This document shows positions 25,996 to 32,000 of a DNA stretch of 32,000 bases, in pieces (within the stretch, counting starts at the first letter, position 1; each line of letters starts with the position of its first letter). Under the pieces are notes generated by a model. The model ran no database searches and was not told where the DNA came from. It saw only the letters and a program-made list of their open reading frames with translations. The DNA comes from an archaeon. Lineage in GTDB: Archaea > Iainarchaeota > Iainarchaeia > Iainarchaeales > 1-14-0-10-31-34. The translations under genes and the position numbers were made by a program. The stretch spans positions 240,001 to 272,000 of the forward strand of contig JAJRVL010000004.1 of assembly GCA_024277355.1 (NCBI GenBank), read 5' to 3'.

Positions 25996-27045
25996 ATGAC
26001 AACTTATTCTGAAGCAGGAGTAAACATAGAAAAAGGAACTGAAACAGTCAAAAGAATAAAAAAACACGTTAAATCTACTTTTAATGAAAATGTATTGCTT
26101 GATTCAGGTTTATTTGCAGGCGCAATAGACTTAAAAAAAATAAAAAAAATGAATAATCCTGTGTTGCTTTCAAGCATTGACGGAGTAGGAACCAAAACAG
26201 TTATAGCAGAAAAAATGAATAAATGGGATTCAATTGGACAAGATTTAGTTAATCATTCAGTTAATGACATTTTATGCCATGGAGGAGAACCAATTGCTTT
26301 TTTAGATTATGTTGCTTCTTCTTCAATTAAACCTGAAATAATAGAAGAAATAGTTCAAGGAATGACAGTTGCATGCAAAGAAAATGGAGTTGCATTAATT
26401 GGCGGGGAAACAGCAGAAATGCCTGATGTATACCAAGAAAATGAAATAGACTTAGCAGGAACAATACTTGGAATAGTAGAAAAAGAAAAACTTATTACAG
26501 GAAAAAACATAAAAGAAAAAGATGTACTTATTGCATTGCCTTCAAATGGTTTGCATACAAACGGATATTCTCTTGCAAGAAAAGTAATAGAAAAAACAAA
26601 AATAAGCCTGAAAGAACAGTTTGTAGTAGAAAAAGAAGATTTAACTATTGGAGGAGAACTCTTAAAAATCCATAAAAGTTATCTGAAAGAAGTAAGTTTT
26701 TTATTAAAAAAATTTGAATTAAAAGGAATTTCTCATATTACCGGCGGAGGATTAATTGATAATTTGCCAAGAATTTTTCCTGAAGGAATTGGAGCAAAAA
26801 TAAATCCAAACAAAATTAAAATTCCATTTATTTTTGAATGGATTCAAGAAAATGGAGTTATTTAAGAAGAAGAAATGTTTAAGACATTTAACATGGGAGT
26901 TGGAATGGTTTTAATTGTATCAGAAAAAGATTCAGATAAAATTATTTCAGAACTAAAAAAACAATTTAATTCAAATGCAATTGTAATTGGAGAAACAATT
27001 AAAGGAAAAGGAATTCAATTAGAAAAACCTTTATTTAAAGAATAA
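25996..27045 (+). CDS. purM: Phosphoribosylformylglycinamidine cyclo-ligase (AIR synthetase), interrupted by one in-frame TAA (26863-26865)
   Basis: YSEAGVNIEKG, DGVGTK and NDILCHGGEPIAFLDY. After FEWIQENGVI-TAA the same frame continues EEEMFKTFNMGVGMVLIV...IGETIKG, the conserved PurM C-terminus, ending at TAA 27043-27045. Confidence 0.85.
26863..26865 (+). other. In-frame TAA inside purM
   Basis: gga gtt att TAA gaa gaa gaa atg ttt aag aca ttt aac atg gga. Confidence 0.95.
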
Positions 27046-27078
27046 ATTTTTGCAGGACTATCAAGCAAAACAAAGACA

Positions 27079-27099
27079 GCACGCGTTACTCGCGGATGC
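27079..27099. terminator. GC-rich hairpin between convergent purM and the small Zn-protein gene
   Basis: GCACGCG-TTACT-CGCG(GA)TGC is the only GC-rich stem in this intergenic region. On the minus strand it is followed by TGTCTTTGTTTTGC. On the plus strand a T5 run (27046-27050) directly follows the purM stop. Confidence 0.35.
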
Positions 27100-27109
27100 A
27101 ACTGCAACA

Positions 27110-27307
27110 TTAAAACATTCCTTTTGCAGATTTCCTTGCTTTTCTCATGCATTTTTTATGCCAGTATTGTCCAGCCCATTTTTTTTCTGAACCAGCTCCG
27201 CCACATAAAGCACAATCCTGAACATATTTTCCTTCAGGTTCTGCAGTAACTTCTTCTTTTTTTTCTATTTCTTCTTCTTTTTTCTTAAACATATCAGTTA
27301 AACCCAT
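27110..27307 (-). CDS. Small CxxC...HxxC zinc-binding-like protein
   Basis: 65 aa from ATG 27307 (the ORF track starts at TTG 27334). Acidic/basic N-terminal half, then DCALCGGAGSEKKWAGQYWHKKCMRKARK. No family recognised. Confidence 0.4.
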   Translation of the reverse strand: MGLTDMFKKKEEEIEKKEEVTAEPEGKYVQDCALCGGAGSEKKWAGQYWHKKCMRKARKSAKGMF

Positions 27308-27369
27308 AAAACCACAGAAAAAGATAAAGAACAAAAAATAAATAAAAGAAACGCACTATTAATAACTAA

Positions 27370-28998
27370 ATGAATAAAAAAATAAGTTTAATTTTAGTGT
27401 TTTTTATTTTAATTGGAACAACAACTATTGCAGGAGGAATAATTCTGCCGCCTCCAGTAGACAATCCTTCTCTTATAGCTGAATGGTATCCTATCTGGGA
27501 TCAAACTCCTGAAAGAGTAGGACCAGCAACCTTTATCTATTTTAAAGTTAAAACAACCTGCAATAATGGACCATGCGACAATGTAACTGCAACAATTCAG
27601 TGCTGTGAAGGAGACGGCTGTACTAACTATGTGGATATGCCTTATCCTTCAGGAAGCTGCGGCAATTCAGGAATTCTTCAGACATATACTGAAACAATAC
27701 AAGACCTTGGAAGTTTTAGTGGAGATAAATATCCTAAATGGACTCTTCACATAAATTTTCCTGGAGCACAAGGACACATATTTAATTTAAGAATAATTAC
27801 AAAAGGATCATTTATTGACACTAATTATCTTTCAGGAATGCAATTAGAAATGGATAATTATCCAGGAATTACTTTAAATTCTCCTTCTACTTCTGAAACA
27901 ACTGAAGTTTCAATTGGAGGGCAATTATCAATTAACTGGACAACAACAGATTTAGATAACGATAACATTCTTTCAAGAATTTATTATTATCCTGTAGGAA
28001 ATCCTGGAAACACACAAATGATTTATCAAAGTCCATGGCAGGCTCCGGGAACGCATTCAACTAACTGGACTATTCCTGATGTTGACACAGGAAATTATTA
28101 TTTATATGTTAATGCAAATGACAATTATACAAGCACTAATTCAAAAAATGCAACAATAAATATAAATCCTGCTCCTTCAACTCTTTCAGCTTTAATTCTT
28201 TCTCCTTCTGACTTAAATAATTTTTTTATTGGTTCAACAATAAACTTTAAGTCAAATATTAAATGCGGAAATTCTCCTTGCACTGTTAAATGGGATTCAA
28301 ATAAAGACTCAGAATGGTATTCAACAGATGAAAATTTTAGTTATTCAGGTTTAAGCATTGGAGACCATAATATTACTTTAACTGTAACTGATTCTATTTC
28401 TGAAACTGCAACTGATTCAGTTAACATAAAAATTAATCCAATTACAGCAGATGTTTTATCTATTTCAGATTTTGAAATAATTAAAGTTGAACCAAATAAT
28501 AGGTTTGCAGTAAACGGAAAAATCAGAATAAAAGCAAAAGTAAATTATTACCAAAGCCAATCAATAAGCGGAAAAGCTTTCATAATAATAAGCGATTCAA
28601 TTACACACAAAGCAATTTATGGTCCTGAACCATTTTATTTCAGTTTTACTATTCCTTCATTTGAAGAATATGACTTAAACATTGATTTAAGCAATTATCC
28701 TTTTGTTGAAAGACAAAATTACAAAGTAGAATTTTTAGCTGTAAGCAATCAAGTTGAATCATCAGGAGAATATTTTGTTAATCCAGTTGATTCTGATAGT
28801 GCTTACTGGGATGACGGAGACAGTTATTATATTCCAGATGAACAAATCCCTGAACAAAACAAAGCAAACAATTCAGGTTACCAAATAATAGAATTAGGTC
28901 CTGCAAATTTAGGGGACATAAGCCAACTACCCGAAACAAATCCTGCAATTATTTTATTAATTTTATTTAGTGTGCTGATAATAATTAAAAAAAAATAA
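27370..28998 (+). CDS. Large secreted/surface protein with Cys-rich module, PKD-like domain and C-terminal LPETN-TM-KKK anchor
   Basis: 542-aa ORF. N-terminal signal/TM ISLILVFFILIGTTTIAGG, Cys-rich TTCNNGPCDN...QCCEGDGCTN, PKD-like GDHNITLTVTDSISETATDSVNIKI, and a C-terminal LPETNPAIILLILFSVLIIIKKK. Confidence 0.7.
   Translation: MNKKISLILVFFILIGTTTIAGGIILPPPVDNPSLIAEWYPIWDQTPERVGPATFIYFKVKTTCNNGPCDNVTATIQCCEGDGCTNYVDMPYPSGSCGNSGILQTYTETIQDLGSFSGDKYPKWTLHINFPGAQGHIFNLRIITKGSFIDTNYLSGMQLEMDNYPGITLNSPSTSETTEVSIGGQLSINWTTTDLDNDNILSRIYYYPVGNPGNTQMIYQSPWQAPGTHSTNWTIPDVDTGNYYLYVNANDNYTSTNSKNATININPAPSTLSALILSPSDLNNFFIGSTINFKSNIKCGNSPCTVKWDSNKDSEWYSTDENFSYSGLSIGDHNITLTVTDSISETATDSVNIKINPITADVLSISDFEIIKVEPNNRFAVNGKIRIKAKVNYYQSQSISGKAFIIISDSITHKAIYGPEPFYFSFTIPSFEEYDLNIDLSNYPFVERQNYKVEFLAVSNQVESSGEYFVNPVDSDSAYWDDGDSYYIPDEQIPEQNKANNSGYQIIELGPANLGDISQLPETNPAIILLILFSVLIIIKKK
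28927..28995 (+). other. C-terminal tripartite sorting-signal-like element (LPETN, hydrophobic helix, KKK)
   Basis: Translated directly: L-P-E-T-N at 28927-28941, then PAIILLILFSVLIII, then KKK and the stop. Confidence 0.5.
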
Positions 28999-29057
28999 AA
29001 TAAAATTAACAAAAAAAACTAAATAAAAAAATAAAAAGAAAAGGAAAAATAATTTCC

Positions 29058-30218
29058 TTATTTATTTTCCATTAATTTTTTTAGAATTGGAGGGGTAGCT
29101 AAAGTTGTAAGCATTATTACTACTACTAAAACAGAATACATTCCATCTCCAATAAAAGCATGAGCTAAACCAAAAGTAGCAAAAATTAAACCTACTTCCC
29201 CTCTTGGAATCATTCCAACTCCAACCGCCATCTTTGAAGCAGGAGTTCCAATTGCACCAAAACCTGCAATAATTTTTCCCACTAAAGCAATTATTAACAA
29301 AACAATTCCTAAGGGAATTAAATCAATATTAACAGTTGAAATATTTACTGCTACTCCAGCCATAACAAAAAAAATTGGAGTAAAAACATCTCCGATTACT
29401 TCAGTTTTCTTCATTATATGTTCTTTGTGTTCTTCTCTTTCAAGAACCAAACCTGCTGCAAAAGCTCCAACAATTGCAGCTAAACCAATTAATTGAGCTA
29501 AATAACCTAAAGTTAAAGCAAAAATAACTGAAGTTACAACAAAAGTTCTCTGAACTTTTAATGCACGAATAATTTTTAGGATTGGCTCCTCTAATTTTAT
29601 TCCAATTACAACTGTTACTGCTAAAAACAAAAAAGATACAACAATTGTCTGCAATACATTAAAGATTTCAACTGAACCTGTTTCAGCTATTCCAGCTAAA
29701 ACAGACAAAATTATTAATCCTAAAATATCATCAATTACTGCAGCTCCAAGAATAATTTTTCCTTCAAGCGAAGTTACTTTTTTCATTTCACTTAAAACAC
29801 GCATTGTTACTCCAACACTAGTTGCAGTCAAAGTCGCAGCAATAAACAAAGCAGCATTAAAATTTAATAATTCAATATAAAGCAGATAAGGCAAAGCCAG
29901 CAGCATTGGAGCAACAACTCCAATTATTGCAACAATTAAAGCAGCTTTACCGCTTTTTAATAATTCATGAATATTAGATTCTAATCCAACTAAAAATAAT
30001 AAAATTATTACTCCTATTTCAGATAAAAACATTAAGATTTCTTCATGGCCAGTAATAAAACCAAATAAACTTGGCCCTAATAAAACTCCAACTAATAATT
30101 CTCCTAAAACTCTTGGCTGTTTTATTTGATCAAACAAATATCCTGCAAGTTTTGCAGAAATTAATATTACAATTAGTTTAAGCATTATTTCAGCTATTAC
30201 TTCACTTCCTCCAGACAA
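29058..30218 (-). CDS. Cation:proton antiporter (CPA2 / Kef-type Na+/H+ exchanger family)
   Basis: 386-aa polytopic ORF with QPRVLGELLVGVLLGPS near the N-terminus. TTG start 6 nt after GGGGGA. An alternative ATG is at 30185. Confidence 0.8.
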   Translation of the reverse strand: MSGGSEVIAEIMLKLIVILISAKLAGYLFDQIKQPRVLGELLVGVLLGPSLFGFITGHEEILMFLSEIGVIILLFLVGLESNIHELLKSGKAALIVAIIGVVAPMLLALPYLLYIELLNFNAALFIAATLTATSVGVTMRVLSEMKKVTSLEGKIILGAAVIDDILGLIILSVLAGIAETGSVEIFNVLQTIVVSFLFLAVTVVIGIKLEEPILKIIRALKVQRTFVVTSVIFALTLGYLAQLIGLAAIVGAFAAGLVLEREEHKEHIMKKTEVIGDVFTPIFFVMAGVAVNISTVNIDLIPLGIVLLIIALVGKIIAGFGAIGTPASKMAVGVGMIPRGEVGLIFATFGLAHAFIGDGMYSVLVVVIMLTTLATPPILKKLMENK

Positions 30219-30438
30219 AAAAATTCCCCCTGATTCAATTCTAAAAGAAAAAAATAATCTCAGAAAACTTTAAAAACTTAATTAAATAAATTCAGAAATT
30301 CAAAAAAAAATATTGTTTTAAAAAAAACATTAAAAAAAATAAGAAATAATTAATTAAAATTTAGTTTAGAAATAACTTTAATTAATGCAACAACAAAAAG
30401 AATAACTTTAATTACTTATTATTCTTTTTTAATATCAG

Positions 30439-30663
30439 ATGTTTGTCAAGACAATAAAAAAAATATTTAAAACTTTAAAAAAAATAGTTTCTGGTTTAAT
30501 TAATTCACTTCTTCTTTTATTAGTTTATTTCACTGCAGTGGCTTTAACTTCAATTTTTGCAAAAATTCTTGGGAAAAAATTCCTTGAAACAAAAGCAAAA
30601 AAAAGCTACTGGCAGGAAATGAAATTAAACACAAAAAAAGAAGATTATTACAGGCAATTCTGA
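30439..30663 (+). CDS. Small single-TM membrane protein (tentatively like the short membrane proteins that accompany carbamoyltransferases)
   Basis: 74-aa ORF. Basic N-terminus, TM LINSLLLLLVYFTAVALTSIF, then AKILGKKFLETKAKKSYWQEMK. First gene of a three-gene same-strand cluster. Confidence 0.4.
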   Translation: MFVKTIKKIFKTLKKIVSGLINSLLLLLVYFTAVALTSIFAKILGKKFLETKAKKSYWQEMKLNTKKEDYYRQF

Positions 30664-30673
30664 GGAAAAAAAA

Positions 30674-31537
30674 ATGAATGCAGGAGAAAAAGTAAAAGAA
30701 TTTTATAACAAAACACCTTTTCCTGGTTTTGAATTAAAAAAATTTAACAGCAAAAAAGAACTCAAAATTACTGCTTCTTCTTTTGCTGAAACATTAGACA
30801 GAAGTATCCCTGAAAATGCTTCAGTAATTGATGTAGGAACAGGAACAGGCCAGTTAGCAGGATTACTTTCATTAAGAAGAAAAAAAGTTATGGGAATAGA
30901 TTTCTCTGAAAATTCTTTGAATCAAGCAAAAAAACTAAAAGAAAAATTAAAATTAAATTCACTGGAATTAAAAAAAATTGATTTATTAAATGACAAAGAA
31001 ATTGAAGCAATAGGAAAATTTGATTATGTTTTATGTTTAGGAGTATTACAGCACACTGCAAATCCATATAAAGGATTTACAAACCTGCTGAAACTACTAA
31101 AACCTAAAGGATTTATTGCAGTAGGATTATACAACAAGTTTGGAAGAATTCCACTGAAAATAAGAAAAGTTCTGACAAAAACAGTTTTCAAAGACAATGA
31201 AAAAATAAAAAAACATTTTATTTCAATGCAGTTGGATTCACTTAAAGATAAAAAAAAAACTGAAGCATGGTGGCAGGACCAGTATTTTCATCCATTTGAA
31301 TCAACTCATTTTTTAGGAGAAGTTTTAGACTGGTTTAAAAAAAATAAAATAGAATTTTATCAGACAATTCCTTCATTGAATTTTTTTGACGAACAAAAAC
31401 TGGAAATTGCAGGAGTATGGAACAAATACAATGAAACAAAACCTTCTTTTTTAAAAAGAAATTTAATTCAGTTAAGCTGGATTTGGAAAACACAAAAAGA
31501 AGGCGGATATTGGATTACTTTCGGGAGAAAAAAATGA
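30674..31537 (+). CDS. Class I SAM-dependent methyltransferase
   Basis: 287-aa ORF. Motif I VIDVGTGTGQLA, post-I MGIDFS, and LKPKGFIAVG. Its TGA overlaps the next ATG (ATGA). Confidence 0.75.
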   Translation: MNAGEKVKEFYNKTPFPGFELKKFNSKKELKITASSFAETLDRSIPENASVIDVGTGTGQLAGLLSLRRKKVMGIDFSENSLNQAKKLKEKLKLNSLELKKIDLLNDKEIEAIGKFDYVLCLGVLQHTANPYKGFTNLLKLLKPKGFIAVGLYNKFGRIPLKIRKVLTKTVFKDNEKIKKHFISMQLDSLKDKKKTEAWWQDQYFHPFESTHFLGEVLDWFKKNKIEFYQTIPSLNFFDEQKLEIAGVWNKYNETKPSFLKRNLIQLSWIWKTQKEGGYWITFGRKK

Positions 31538-32000
31538 CTTATATTCTGGGATTAAGCTGCTATTACCATGACTCTTCCGCCTGCCTGCTTAAAAACGGAA
31601 AAATAATTGCAGCAGCAGAAGAAGAAAGATTTACAAGAAAAAAACACGACAACTCTTTTCCTTTTAATGCAATAACATTCTGCTTAAAAAAAGAAAAAAT
31701 CACAATACAAGAAATAAACTTTATTGCTTTTTATTAAAAACCTTTAATTAAATACGAAAGAATTCTTTCACAATACATTGAAACTTTTCCTTTAGGTTTT
31801 GTGAATTTTATTAAGAATATGCCTTTATGGCTGACAGAAAAATTAAAAGTAAGAGAAACAATCAAAAAAAAACTTAAATTTAAAGGAGACATTTTTTTTA
31901 TTGAACACCACTTATCACACGCAGCAAGTGCATTTCTTTGTTCTCCTTTTCAGGAAGCAGCAATACTTACAATTGACGGAGTAGGCGAATGGACTACAAC
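31534..32000 (+). CDS. NodU/CmcH-family carbamoyltransferase (3-prime partial), interrupted by one in-frame TAA (31735-31737)
   Basis: MTYILGLSCYYHDSSACLLKNGKIIAAAEEERFTRKKHD...IAFY-TAA-KPLIKYERIL...FIEHHLSHAASAF...ILTIDGVGEW, all in one frame. Runs off the window end. Confidence 0.85.
31735..31737 (+). other. In-frame TAA inside the carbamoyltransferase gene
   Basis: att gct ttt tat TAA aaa cct tta att aaa tac gaa aga. Confidence 0.95.

Noticed and set aside
27037-27045. Recurrent AAAGAATAA word at several gene ends (also near 6041 and 13252) as a possible termination motif
   Set aside because: It is just Lys-Glu-stop (AAA GAA TAA) in a K/E-rich proteome, so it is a codon-usage by-product.
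27046-27109. GC-rich patch as a candidate suppressor tRNA or other RNA gene
   Set aside because: Only about 21 nt are GC-rich and they form a single hairpin. There is no acceptor or T-arm (no GTTCRAATC-like box), and the region is too short for a tRNA.
1-32000. Complete reassignment of TAA to Glu (a new genetic code)
   Set aside because: TAA ends 24 of the 34 complete genes at positions that match expected protein C-termini. For example, proS ends on the class-typical terminal Tyr, and purM read past its final TAA gives a long non-homologous extension into the antisense of the next gene. Only context-dependent read-through, artefact or recent mutation remain viable.
1-32000. Selenocysteine/pyrrolysine-type recoding, CRISPR arrays, transposases, integrases or prophage genes
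   Set aside because: No conserved gene is interrupted by in-frame TGA or TAG. No repeat-spacer array was seen. No ORF has transposase, integrase or phage-structural motifs.

Overview
Strongly AT-rich (roughly 30% G+C by eye), gene-dense chromosomal segment (about 35 genes, over 90% coding) from a small-genome archaeon, most consistent with a DPANN-type lineage (Woese-/Pacearchaeota-like). Archaeal markers are GatD and GatE, an archaeal/eukaryal-type ProRS, an ATP-dependent DNA ligase, a Dph6-like diphthine-ammonia ligase, AlaX, and a tRNA-Pro(UGG) with an 82-nt intron in a textbook bulge-helix-bulge motif. Other content: a split MetE plus MTHFR-like operon, two glycosyltransferases and a DMT transporter, sugar-phosphate genes (PGI/PMI, ROK kinase, RpiA, transaldolase), PurM, MscS and a CPA2 antiporter. 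There are also membrane-anchored Cys-rich/PKD/CARDB-like surface proteins, a PIN-GNAT cluster, HD and CYTH proteins, and a degenerate RelA/SpoT-like protein. I saw no rRNA, CRISPR array, transposase, integrase or obvious prophage or defence island. The most unusual signal is that three unrelated conserved genes (proS, purM, a NodU-type carbamoyltransferase) are each interrupted by one in-frame TAA. In each case homologues (as I recall them) carry Glu at that position and family-typical sequence continues in the same frame. TAA is also the main genuine terminator here (24 of 34 complete genes). This is either stop-codon read-through/recoding or G->T nonsense changes or artefacts, and it needs read-level checking. 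All family calls are motif recognition by eye; no searches were run.
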